DNA of 13,370 nt from an uncultured bacterium (GTDB lineage: Bacteria > Caldisericota > Caldisericia > B22-G15). The position numbers and the translations under genes were made by a program. Location of the stretch: positions 1 through 13,370 of the forward strand of contig CBFDTJ010000041.1 in assembly GCA_965612865.1 (NCBI GenBank). Reading direction: 5' to 3'. Shown piece after piece: positions 1 to 8,139 of this stretch; within the stretch, counting starts at the first letter, position 1; each line of letters begins with the position of its first letter. Below the pieces are notes generated by a model, which worked only from the letters and a program-made list of their open reading frames with translations, was not told where the DNA came from and did no database searches.

Positions 1-73
1 TTTAATGATACGGCGACCACCGAGATCTACACCTACGCCTTCGTCGGCAGCGTCAGATGTGTATAAGAGACAG
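1..73 (+). other. Illumina Nextera adapter (technical artefact): P5 + i5 index + read-1 primer site + Tn5 mosaic end
   Basis: AATGATACGGCGACCACCGAGATCTACAC (P5) at 4-32; 8-nt index CTACGCCT at 33-40, one mismatch from N/S508 CTAAGCCT; TCGTCGGCAGCGTC at 41-54; 19-bp mosaic end AGATGTGTATAAGAGACAG at 55-73; leading TTT. Confidence 0.99.
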
Positions 74-81
74 CCTCCTTA
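74..81 (-). promoter_or_regulatory. Shine-Dalgarno site of the next gene downstream of asnS (gene itself cut off by the adapter)
   Basis: Minus strand reads TAAGGAGG at 81-74, a perfect anti-16S match, 35 nt after the asnS stop and directly abutting the mosaic end. Confidence 0.7.
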
Positions 82-85
82 CCCA

Positions 86-114
86 TATAAACCAAAACCC
101 CCCGAAAAAGTTTC
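86..114 (-). promoter_or_regulatory. Possible ECF-sigma-type promoter
   Basis: Minus strand GAAAC (114-110), 17-nt spacer, GTTTATA (92-86), just upstream of the SD. Resembles the AAC-N17-GTT pattern of ECF promoters, but the motif is short and could be chance. Confidence 0.25.
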
Positions 115-116
115 GT

Positions 117-1409
117 TTACGGATAGATTTTTTCTAATAGTCTTGGGAATGGAATTGTTTCCCTTACATGGTGAATGCCAGCTATCCACGCAAGGGTTCT
201 CTCTATTCCAAGTCCAAAACCAGAGTGAGGAAATGTTCCATACTTTCTCAAATCAAGATACCACCTGTATGGTTCTTCAGGAATTCCTGCCTCTTTCATT
301 CTCTCTTTGAGTTTGTGGTAATCATCCTCTCTCTGTCCACCACCAACTATTTCTCCGTATCCTTCAGGTGCAAGTAAATCCACAGATAGAGAAAGTTTTG
401 GATTCTCTGGGTCCTCTTTCATATAGAAGGCTTTACACTCCTTTGGATATCTATGCACAAAAACAGGTTTTTCAAATTCCTCTGATATGGCTGTCTCTTC
501 ATCTCCTCCAAAATCTTCACCCCATGGAATTTCCTTTCCCTTTTTCTTCAAGATTTTAAGGGCTTCATCATAGCTTATTCTCGGGAAAGGAGGCACAACT
601 TTCTTGAGCCTCTCTGTGTTTCTTTCAAGGATTTCAAGCTCATAAGCCTTGTTCTTAATAACTCTCTGAATTATGTATGAGACAAAGTCCTCAATAAGCT
701 TCATGTTTCCATCAAGGTCAAGGAAGGCAACTTCAGGTTCAACCATCCAGAACTCCATGAGATGTCTTCTTGTCTTTGACTTTTCAGCCCTGAAGGTTGG
801 ACCAAAGCAGTAAACTTTGCCAAGGGCAGCTGCACCAACTTCATTGTAGAGCTGTCCACTCTGAGAAAGATAGGCTTTATCTCCAAAGTAATCTATATCA
901 AAAAGTGTGGTTGTTCCCTCGCATGCAGAGGGTGTAAGTATTGGAGAGTCAAATTGAATGAATTTTCTTTCATAAAAGAAGTCTCTTATTGCCTTGACAA
1001 GTTCATTTCTTATTCGTTGTATTGCCCACTGCTTTTTAGATCTGAGCCAGAGGTGTCTGTGAGCCATTAAGAATCCAACGCCGTGTTCCTTTGGACCTAT
1101 TGGATAATCCTCTGTTAGATAGAGGATTTCCACATCTTTGACAAGGATTTCATATCCACCAGGCGCTCTTTTATCTGCCCTTACAGTTCCTCTTACAACT
1201 ACTGTAGATTCAAGAGTGGCTTTTTTTGCTCTTTCGAAAATTTCTTCCCCAACATCCTTTAGAGATACAACTCCCTGGGCAAAACCTGTTCCGTCTCTTA
1301 CTATTAAAAATACGAGTTTTCCTGAAAATCTTGAGTTGTAAAGCCATCCCCTGATTTCAACATCCTCTCCCTCATGTTCTTTTAAATCTTCAATATAAAC
1401 CCAGTTCAT
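117..1409 (-). CDS. asnS: Asparagine--tRNA ligase (class IIb)
   Basis: 430 aa. OB-fold start ([22 protein letters not shown]), [16 protein letters not shown], motif 2 [35 protein letters not shown], motif 3 [25 protein letters not shown] overlaps the coaBC stop (ATGA). Confidence 0.96.
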   Translation of the reverse strand: MNWVYIEDLKEHEGEDVEIRGWLYNSRFSGKLVFLIVRDGTGFAQGVVSLKDVGEEIFERAKKATLESTVVVRGTVRADKRAPGGYEILVKDVEILYLTEDYPIGPKEHGVGFLMAHRHLWLRSKKQWAIQRIRNELVKAIRDFFYERKFIQFDSPILTPSACEGTTTLFDIDYFGDKAYLSQSGQLYNEVGAAALGKVYCFGPTFRAEKSKTRRHLMEFWMVEPEVAFLDLDGNMKLIEDFVSYIIQRVIKNKAYELEILERNTERLKKVVPPFPRISYDEALKILKKKGKEIPWGEDFGGDEETAISEEFEKPVFVHRYPKECKAFYMKEDPENPKLSLSVDLLAPEGYGEIVGGGQREDDYHKLKERMKEAGIPEEPYRWYLDLRKYGTFPHSGFGLGIERTLAWIAGIHHVRETIPFPRLLEKIYP

Positions 1410-2590
1410 AATCCCTCCAATAAATCAAAGATTATTTTACTTACCTCCTCTTTAGATAAGAGAGGGAATCTGTACACATCACCATTTCTTAAAATTATGG
1501 TAACCTTGTTTGTTTCCACCTCAAAACCCGAGCTTTCTGTTGGTTCGTTTATCACGATCATATCAAGGTTTTTCTCCTTCAACTTTCTGTACCCGTTTTC
1601 TAAAAGATTTTCAGTTTCAAGGGCAAAACCAACAAGTTTCTGGTGCTTCTTTCTTTCACCTGCCTCCTTTAAAATATCAGGTGTTTGTGATAGTGAAAGA
1701 GTGAAGTTGAAGGAGTCCTTTTTGATTTTTTCCTGAACCACATTTGATGGAGAAAAATCTGAAACTGCTGCTGCCATAATGAGGTAATCTAAATCGTCAA
1801 AGTGCTTAAATACCTCAGTTTTCATATCCTCTGCACTATCAACCTCTATGAAGTTAACTCCATAGGGAGGAGTAAGAAAAGTCTTTCCACTGATTAAAAC
1901 AACATCCCCACCCCTTAAACTTGCCTCTCTGGCAAGGGAAAATCCCATTCTTCCAGAGGAAGGATTTGAAATAAATCTTACAGGGTCAATGTATTCCCTT
2001 GTTGCACCTGCCGTAACCACTATCTTTTTATTTAGAAAATCTTTCTTTTCAAGGATTTTTTCAATTTCAAAAGTAATTCTTTCTATCTCAGGCAATCTTC
2101 CCTTTCCTCTGTCTCCACCGGCAAGCTCACCCTCTTCAGGCTCGAGGATGTTAAACCCCCTCTTTTTAAGTATCTCAAGGTTCTTCTGTGTTATCTCGTT
2201 ATTATACATATTTTCATGCATGGATGGGACTATAAGAACAGGTTTTCTTGTATCCAGTCCTACCAGAGTCAAAAGGTTATCTGCTATGCCACCTGCAAGT
2301 TTTGAGATTGTGTTTGCAGTTGCTGGAGCAATTACAAACACGTCGGGCCACTTTGATAGTGTGGTATGAGGAATAACTCCTTCTTCAATATCAAACTCAT
2401 CCATATACACTTTTTGTTTGGTTAGTGTCTTCAGGGTGGTGGGAGTTACAAATTCTTTACTTCCCTCTGTCAGTATACATTTTACGAGTCCACCTTTTTT
2501 AATAATATCTCTAATTAAAAAAGGAATTTTATATGCAGCAATCCCCCCGGTTATACCGAGAAGTATCTTTTTATTTATGAGTGATTTCAA
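1406..2590 (-). CDS. coaBC: Bifunctional phosphopantothenoylcysteine decarboxylase / phosphopantothenate--cysteine ligase
   Basis: 394 aa, TTG start. Flavoprotein domain: [33 protein letters not shown]. CoaB domain: [54 protein letters not shown]. Lies in the gmk-rpoZ-coaBC context. Confidence 0.96.
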   Translation of the reverse strand: MKSLINKKILLGITGGIAAYKIPFLIRDIIKKGGLVKCILTEGSKEFVTPTTLKTLTKQKVYMDEFDIEEGVIPHTTLSKWPDVFVIAPATANTISKLAGGIADNLLTLVGLDTRKPVLIVPSMHENMYNNEITQKNLEILKKRGFNILEPEEGELAGGDRGKGRLPEIERITFEIEKILEKKDFLNKKIVVTAGATREYIDPVRFISNPSSGRMGFSLAREASLRGGDVVLISGKTFLTPPYGVNFIEVDSAEDMKTEVFKHFDDLDYLIMAAAVSDFSPSNVVQEKIKKDSFNFTLSLSQTPDILKEAGERKKHQKLVGFALETENLLENGYRKLKEKNLDMIVINEPTESSGFEVETNKVTIILRNGDVYRFPLLSKEEVSKIIFDLLEGL

Positions 2591-2762
2591 CTTTATTTCC
2601 CTCTATTTCCTCCGCTGCATCATCTATAAAAGATGCAGGAGATCTGTGTGGAGAGGGATAGAGTTTAAACAACTCTTTAGCCCTCTTAAAGATACCTATT
2701 GTAAGAATATATTTGTTTCCATTAACCACCTTTAATAAGTTATCAAAGTTTATTCTCTTCAA
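2571..2762 (-). CDS. rpoZ: RNA polymerase omega subunit (divergent)
   Basis: About 63 aa. NKYILTIGIFKRAKEL resembles the omega N/SRYxLVxxAAKRARQL motif and [10 protein letters not shown] resembles ALEEIxxGKI. Position between gmk and coaBC is the canonical one. Start reassigned to TTG at 2762 because the track's GTG (2771) lies inside the SD GGAGGTG, 6 nt upstream of the TTG. Confidence 0.82.
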   Translation of the reverse strand: MKRINFDNLLKVVNGNKYILTIGIFKRAKELFKLYPSPHRSPASFIDDAAEEIEGNKVEITHK

Positions 2763-3327
2763 AATCTTCACCTCCTTTTTCTCTATTAATTATACATAAA
2801 ACTTCTTCAACTGCTCTATCAACGTCGTCATTTATCACTATGTAATCATACTTCTCTGCTTCTTTTATCTCTTCCTTTGCAAAGTTAAGTCTCTTTTTAA
2901 TCTCTTCTTCAGTTTCTCCCCTCCTCCTTTTTTCTATGCGTTTTTTTAACTCTTTGAAACTTGGAGGAGCAATGAAAATAAAAATGGTATTTTTTCTATC
3001 AAAAACTTCTCTAACCTTTCTTGCACCCTGAATTTCAATTTCAAGAATAACATCCTTTCCCTCTCTTAGTCTTTTAAGAACAAATTCCTTGCTTGTTCCA
3101 TAGTAATAATCATACACCTTGGCCCATTCAAGGAATTCTCCATTCTTTATCATTTCTTCAAACTTCTCCTTTGAGATAAAAAAGTAATCTTTTCCGTTTT
3201 CTTCACCTTCTCTTTTTTGTCTTGTGGTGTATGAAACTGAATAGATAATCTCCGGTTTCCTCTTTAGCACTTCTTTAATTATGGTTCCCTTTCCTGCACC
3301 TGATGGACCGGATATTACTATAAGCAT
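2743..3327 (-). CDS. gmk: Guanylate kinase
   Basis: 194 aa. P-loop ISGPSGAGKGT, SVSYTTRQKREGEENGKDYFF, FLEWAKVYDYYYGT, FIAPPS, YDYIVINDD. Confidence 0.97.
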   Translation of the reverse strand: MLIVISGPSGAGKGTIIKEVLKRKPEIIYSVSYTTRQKREGEENGKDYFFISKEKFEEMIKNGEFLEWAKVYDYYYGTSKEFVLKRLREGKDVILEIEIQGARKVREVFDRKNTIFIFIAPPSFKELKKRIEKRRRGETEEEIKKRLNFAKEEIKEAEKYDYIVINDDVDRAVEEVLCIINREKGGEDFEENKL

Positions 3328-3328
3328 T

Positions 3329-4471
3329 TTATTCCCCTATCTTTTCTTTAATTATTTCAAGGGCTTTATTTAATTGAGGGTCAATACCCTTCTTTAAATC
3401 TTCATCAGTGTATTTTACTTCTATATCTGGTTCAATACCCTTCTTGTCAAGCGAATACATGTTTGGAGTTAGGTATCTCTCGGTAGTAATCTTTAATCCA
3501 TATCCATCTGATAGATTGAATATTGTCTGAATAACACCTTTTCCATAGGTTTTTGTTCCAACAAGGGTACCGACATTTCTATCTTTTATGGCCCCAGACA
3601 GTATTTCAGCTGCAGAGGCGGTGTTCTCATCTATGAGTACAACAAGCGGAATTTTTATTCCCGGTCCTCTTGAGACTCTCTCTTCCTTTTCATCCTTTCT
3701 CTGAATGTAAAGAAGCGGTCCCTCTGGAATAAAGTAGCCAGCCACTCCCTCCACTGATGAGAGTAATCCTCCTGGATTACCGCGTAAGTCAAGAATTAGA
3801 CCCTTCATTCCTTTAAGTTTATTGAAAGCCTCTTTAACCTCTCCTGGAGTTGAAGGTATAAAGAATATTATCTTCATGTATCCGATATCTTCATTGAGCC
3901 TTTTTACCATCACAGATTCAGCAGTTACCTTTCTCCTCTGTATGTGAAAGGATAAGAGTTTACCGTCTTTTTCAACCTTTAAATCAACATATGTTCCCTC
4001 TTTTCCTTTGACAAGGTTTGCAACTTCATCGAGAGACATTCCTTTTATATTTTTCCCGTCAACTTCCATAATGTATGCGCCTTCAGGAAGTCCGACTTCC
4101 TTTGCAGGTGAATTCTTAAACACCATAAGTATCTTTACTTTTCCCTCTCTAACACCTATAAGCACTCCAATTCCTACATACTCACCGCGTGTTTCTTCCT
4201 GAAAAGAGGCAAACTCATCTGGAGTATAAAACTCAGAATAGGGATCATCTAAAGATTTTACGAGACCCCTGCAGAGATCAATTTCTGTCTTCTTATCCAC
4301 AAATCTTTCCTCTATGTACTCTGCAACCTCTGTAAGAAGTTTAAATTTACTTGATGAGAATGGTTCTATAGGGCTTGAAAGACCTTTTCCTGTGTAAAAG
4401 CCTACAAAGTAACTGAAAACAGAGAACAATAGAAATATAATGATTAATATAATAATGGACTTTTTGCTCAT
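3329..4471 (-). CDS. S41A carboxyl-terminal processing protease (CtpA-like) with PDZ domain
   Basis: 380 aa. N-terminal hydrophobic anchor, LDDPYS, PDZ (GIGV...SPAKEVGL), ILDLRGNPGGLL, catalytic Ser in TASAAEI, catalytic Lys in TYGKG, GIEPDIEV. Confidence 0.93.
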   Translation of the reverse strand: MSKKSIIILIIIFLLFSVFSYFVGFYTGKGLSSPIEPFSSSKFKLLTEVAEYIEERFVDKKTEIDLCRGLVKSLDDPYSEFYTPDEFASFQEETRGEYVGIGVLIGVREGKVKILMVFKNSPAKEVGLPEGAYIMEVDGKNIKGMSLDEVANLVKGKEGTYVDLKVEKDGKLLSFHIQRRKVTAESVMVKRLNEDIGYMKIIFFIPSTPGEVKEAFNKLKGMKGLILDLRGNPGGLLSSVEGVAGYFIPEGPLLYIQRKDEKEERVSRGPGIKIPLVVLIDENTASAAEILSGAIKDRNVGTLVGTKTYGKGVIQTIFNLSDGYGLKITTERYLTPNMYSLDKKGIEPDIEVKYTDEDLKKGIDPQLNKALEIIKEKIGE

Positions 4472-4489
4472 CTCATCCTCTCCTTTCCT

Positions 4490-5623
4490 TTAAGGTAACC
4501 ACTTAAGTGGATCCACAGTCTTTCCATCAATTCTAACCTCAAAGTGAAGATGTGGACCTGTGGATAACCCTGTATTATTGACATATCCTATAATCTGTCC
4601 CTTTCTAACAAATTGATTTATCTTTACAATGGAGTATTGCAAATGTCCATAAACTGTAGAAACATCTCCACCATGTTTTAACATAACACATATTCCATAT
4701 CCTCCAAGCCAGCCACTGTATATAACAATTCCATCTGCTGCTGCTTTAATTGGTGTTCCAGTTTTAGCATCTATGTCTATTCCGTGATGAAACATTCTTG
4801 TTCTGTATATTGGATGAATTCTCCAGCCATATTTTGAAACAACAGGTCCCTTGACAGGCCAGATTAAATTACCAACTTCTGGAAGCTTCTTTTCAAGTTC
4901 TGCTCTTCTAATCATCTCCTGAATCTTTTTTTCCTCTTCCTCTATTTTCTTTTTTAGAATAGTTATTTCTTTTTTATACTCTTCTTCCTTCTCTCCCAGC
5001 TCATTAAGGAGAGCATTTCTCTTTTCCTCTTCTTTTGAGAGTTTCTCCTTAAGATTCTGAACCTCCTCTCTCTTTGATTCAAGAAGGCTCTTTCTCTCTT
5101 CAAGTTCTACCTTCTCTTTTATGAGTTCTTCCTTCTCTTTTTTGAGATTTTCAAGCTCAGTCTCTGTGAATTTTATTAAAATGTTCAGCATGTTTACTCT
5201 GTTTAGAAGTTCAGTTATTGAATCTGCTGTAAAGTATAACTCCCACGGTTCTTCCATGCGCATTTTATACAGAAGGAAGATTCTATCGCTTATCTCCTCT
5301 TCCTTTCTCTGAAGTTTCATTCTAAGTAAATCAATCCTGCTCTGTCTTAACTCCACCTCTTCAGATATATCACTTATCTCCTTTTCAAGGTTTGAAAGCT
5401 TAACACTTATGTCTTTTATTTTAGATTGAATGTCTTCAATTTCTCCAAGAATGGTTTTTTTATACTCTTCAGTTTCTTTTAACTTTCTTTTTATTCTTGT
5501 GACTGTATTTTTGAGCTCATTTAGAATTTTCTTTTCCTCGGTGATTCCTTTTTCACCATGTACTGAAAAGATTGGGATTATAAGAGAGACGATTAGAATT
5601 AGAAGGAGAATCTTTTTATTCAT
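4490..5623 (-). CDS. Secreted coiled-coil M23/LytM peptidase (EnvC-like architecture)
   Basis: 377 aa. Signal peptide MNKKILLLILIVSLIIPIFSVHG, long E/K/L coiled coil, C-terminal M23 domain (WPVKG, YGWRIHP, HHGIDI, GYG, YGHL, STGPHLHFEV, DPLKWL). Directly follows ftsX with an ATGA overlap. Confidence 0.92.
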   Translation of the reverse strand: MNKKILLLILIVSLIIPIFSVHGEKGITEEKKILNELKNTVTRIKRKLKETEEYKKTILGEIEDIQSKIKDISVKLSNLEKEISDISEEVELRQSRIDLLRMKLQRKEEEISDRIFLLYKMRMEEPWELYFTADSITELLNRVNMLNILIKFTETELENLKKEKEELIKEKVELEERKSLLESKREEVQNLKEKLSKEEEKRNALLNELGEKEEEYKKEITILKKKIEEEEKKIQEMIRRAELEKKLPEVGNLIWPVKGPVVSKYGWRIHPIYRTRMFHHGIDIDAKTGTPIKAAADGIVIYSGWLGGYGICVMLKHGGDVSTVYGHLQYSIVKINQFVRKGQIIGYVNNTGLSTGPHLHFEVRIDGKTVDPLKWLP

Positions 5624-6516
5624 GGATACACCTCTTTCAAATATTTCCTCAGTATAAAGAAGGATACAGCAATAGAGGTTAGAAGTCCAATGGTGTTTAC
5701 CATGATGTATGGGTTAAATCCTCTTAAATCGTAGAAATTTACCTTTATAAATGGAAGAACCATGTTGAGAAGAGAGGAGATTTCAATATAGGATTTATAG
5801 AGTAGAAAAGAGGAGAGTACGCCAGATATTATGGAGAGTACTATTCCCTCTATGATGAAGGGAATCCTTATAAAATTTGGATGGACTCCCAGGAGTTTCA
5901 TTATTTCAATGTCTTCCCTTCTGTTAAAAATTGAAAGATTTATGTTAACTCCTATGAAAAATACAAAAATTCCTATAAAAATAAAAACAATTATTAAACT
6001 TAATATGGAAAAGGTTTTTATTGAGAATATGAGCTTATCCACGAGTTCCTTTGAATAAAAGAATCCCTTTATCTCCGGAATCTCATTCACCTTTTCTGTG
6101 AGGAGTTTTATTGAAAATATTGATCTTGGTTTTACAAAGAATGTTGGAGGGAGAGGATTTTCTTTTAAATCTGAGAAGAGGGATGCATACTCTGGATACT
6201 CCTTTTTTAATTCCTCCAGGGATTCTTCAGGAGAGATGTATCTTACATTTTCTACTTCAGGAAGAAGAGAAATTTCCTTTTTTATTTCCTCTATCCTCTC
6301 CTCTGTCACACTCTTTTCTATGTAGAATGAAACCTCTATTCTGTTTTCTATACCCTCTCTCACTCGGCTGGAGTAAAGATAGAAGAAGTAAATCATTCCT
6401 ATACTGTAGAGAGAAATAGTTATAACGAGTATTGTTATAAAGGTTAAGAAACCTGCCCTCTTTATGTTTATAAAAGCCTCTTTTATCTCCCTAATTAATA
6501 CGAGGAAACTTTTCAT
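5620..6516 (-). CDS. ftsX: Cell division permease-like protein FtsX
   Basis: 298 aa. One N-terminal TM, extracellular loop with YISPEESLEEL and ENPLPPTF, three C-terminal TMs with RREDIEIMKLLG...FIRIPFIIEG. Follows ftsE. Confidence 0.93.
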   Translation of the reverse strand: MKSFLVLIREIKEAFINIKRAGFLTFITILVITISLYSIGMIYFFYLYSSRVREGIENRIEVSFYIEKSVTEERIEEIKKEISLLPEVENVRYISPEESLEELKKEYPEYASLFSDLKENPLPPTFFVKPRSIFSIKLLTEKVNEIPEIKGFFYSKELVDKLIFSIKTFSILSLIIVFIFIGIFVFFIGVNINLSIFNRREDIEIMKLLGVHPNFIRIPFIIEGIVLSIISGVLSSFLLYKSYIEISSLLNMVLPFIKVNFYDLRGFNPYIMVNTIGLLTSIAVSFFILRKYLKEVYP

Positions 6517-7159
6517 ACACCTTCTTTCCTTCTCTTAAATAGATTATTCTTCTGTTGTATCTTCTAACTATCTCTTCATTATGTGTACACATAATTATTG
6601 TTGTTCCCATCTGGTTTATTTCCATAAACAGATCCATCAAAGAAAATGATGTTTTCCAGTCAAGGTTTCCAGTTGGTTCATCAGCAAGAAGTATAAGAGG
6701 AGACATCACCAGTGCTCTTGCTATTGAGACCCTCTGACCCTCTCCACCTGAAAGGGTGTGTGGGAAACTGTTTCTCTTTTCGTAGATGCCAACCTCTTTT
6801 AGAGTTTTATCCACTCTTTCTCTTATGTATGAAAATGGATACCCCATAGATTCAAGGGGAAAAGATACATTCTCAAAGACATTCCTTCTCTTAAAAAGTT
6901 TAAAATCCTGAAATATCATCCCTATCTTTCTTCTTAAGAGGTATATTTTCTTGTCATACTCTTTAAGAGACTCTCCATTAAAGAAAATTTCTCCACTTGT
7001 AGGTTCTATCTCCTTGTGTATGAGCTTAAGAAGTGTAGATTTACCTGCTCCAGAGGGACCAACTACAAATACAAACTCTCCCTTTTTAACCTCAAAACTA
7101 ACATTTGAGAGAGCAGCATTGTTCCCATAAATCTTACTTACTCCCACAAGTTTTAACAT
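6491..7159 (-). CDS. ftsE: Cell division ATP-binding protein FtsE
   Basis: 222 aa. Walker A GPSGAGKST, LRRKIGMIFQDFKL, signature LSGGE, Walker B/D-loop LLADEPTGNLD, H-loop CTHN. Adjacent to ftsX. Confidence 0.94.
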   Translation of the reverse strand: MLKLVGVSKIYGNNAALSNVSFEVKKGEFVFVVGPSGAGKSTLLKLIHKEIEPTSGEIFFNGESLKEYDKKIYLLRRKIGMIFQDFKLFKRRNVFENVSFPLESMGYPFSYIRERVDKTLKEVGIYEKRNSFPHTLSGGEGQRVSIARALVMSPLILLADEPTGNLDWKTSFSLMDLFMEINQMGTTIIMCTHNEEIVRRYNRRIIYLREGKKVYEKFPRIN

Positions 7160-7171
7160 TAAAAGTCTCTT

Positions 7172-8137
7172 TTATCCTTCTAAGTCATTGAATAATGAAT
7201 TGGCAGCGATGGCTCCATCTGCACTTGCTGTGATAACCTGTCTTAAGGATTTTCTTCTCACATCTCCTGCGGCATAAACAAACTTCACATTTGTTCTCAT
7301 CTCTTCATCTGTTATTATGAAGCCGTTTTTGTCCAGCTCAATTTTTCCTTTAAAGAGATCTGTATTCGGGGTAAGACCAATGTATATGAATACTCCATCA
7401 ATTTCAAGTTCCCATGTGGTATCCTTAACCTTATCATATATTGTTACACCTTCTACCCTCTTTTCTCCCTTTATTTCTTTAACCAGAGAGCTCCATATAA
7501 ATTCAATCTTTTCATTTTCAAAAGCTCTATCCTGAAGATACTTTGCGGCACGAAGTTTATCCCTTCTATGTATTACATAAACCTTTTTTGCAAATTTGGT
7601 AAGATATAAAGCCTCTGTTATTGCAGAGTCTCCTCCTCCAACCACAAGTACATTTTTATCCTTAAAGAGAAAGGCATCACATACTGCACAATATGAAACT
7701 CCTTTACCCGTAAGTTCCTTTTCACCAGGAACACCAAGTTTTTTTGGATCTGCACCTGTGGCAATTATTAAACCCTCTGCTTCAAATTCATTGTCTTCAG
7801 AGACAAGTTTTATGGGATGGGTGAGTTTTATCTCTTTTATCTCATCAAAAATTATTTCTACTCCAAATCTTTCTGCCTGCTCTTCAAATTTTTTGGTAAG
7901 CTCCTCACCACTTATTCCCTGTGGAAATCCGGGATAATTCTCTATTATGTCTGTGACAGAAGCCTGTCCTCCTATACCCAGTTTTTCAATTAAAAGTGTT
8001 GATAAGCCAAACCTTCTGGCATATATTCCTGCAGTTAATCCAGCAGGTCCCCCTCCCAGAATTATTGCATCAAACTTTTTTTGTTTTTCCTCCTCCTTTA
8101 TGCTCTGTTTTTGAAAATCGTCAAGTATAATCTTCAT
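7172..8137 (-). CDS. trxB: Thioredoxin-disulfide reductase
   Basis: 321 aa. FAD motif GGGPAGLTAGIY, IENYPGF, redox GVSYCAVCD, GGGDSA, NADPH motif HRRDKLRA, YAAGDV. SD AAGGAG inside the end of pgk. Confidence 0.95.
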   Translation of the reverse strand: MKIILDDFQKQSIKEEEKQKKFDAIILGGGPAGLTAGIYARRFGLSTLLIEKLGIGGQASVTDIIENYPGFPQGISGEELTKKFEEQAERFGVEIIFDEIKEIKLTHPIKLVSEDNEFEAEGLIIATGADPKKLGVPGEKELTGKGVSYCAVCDAFLFKDKNVLVVGGGDSAITEALYLTKFAKKVYVIHRRDKLRAAKYLQDRAFENEKIEFIWSSLVKEIKGEKRVEGVTIYDKVKDTTWELEIDGVFIYIGLTPNTDLFKGKIELDKNGFIITDEEMRTNVKFVYAAGDVRRKSLRQVITASADGAIAANSLFNDLEG

Positions 8138-8139
8138 AT

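Noticed and set aside
5..310. 101-aa plus-strand ORF
   Set aside because: The first 23 codons are adapter sequence and the rest is intergenic or antisense to asnS.
701..886. 61-aa minus-strand ORF nested in asnS
   Set aside because: Alternative frame within the conserved catalytic core, with no family motif.
4900..5200. Low-complexity CT-rich tract suggesting a repeat array
   Set aside because: It is the antisense of Glu/Lys codons in the M23 protein's coiled coil. No fixed repeat unit or spacer structure.
6730..6755. FtsE signature LSGGEGQR instead of LSGGEQQR
   Set aside because: The position after LSGGE is variable among ABC ATPases and all other catalytic motifs are intact.
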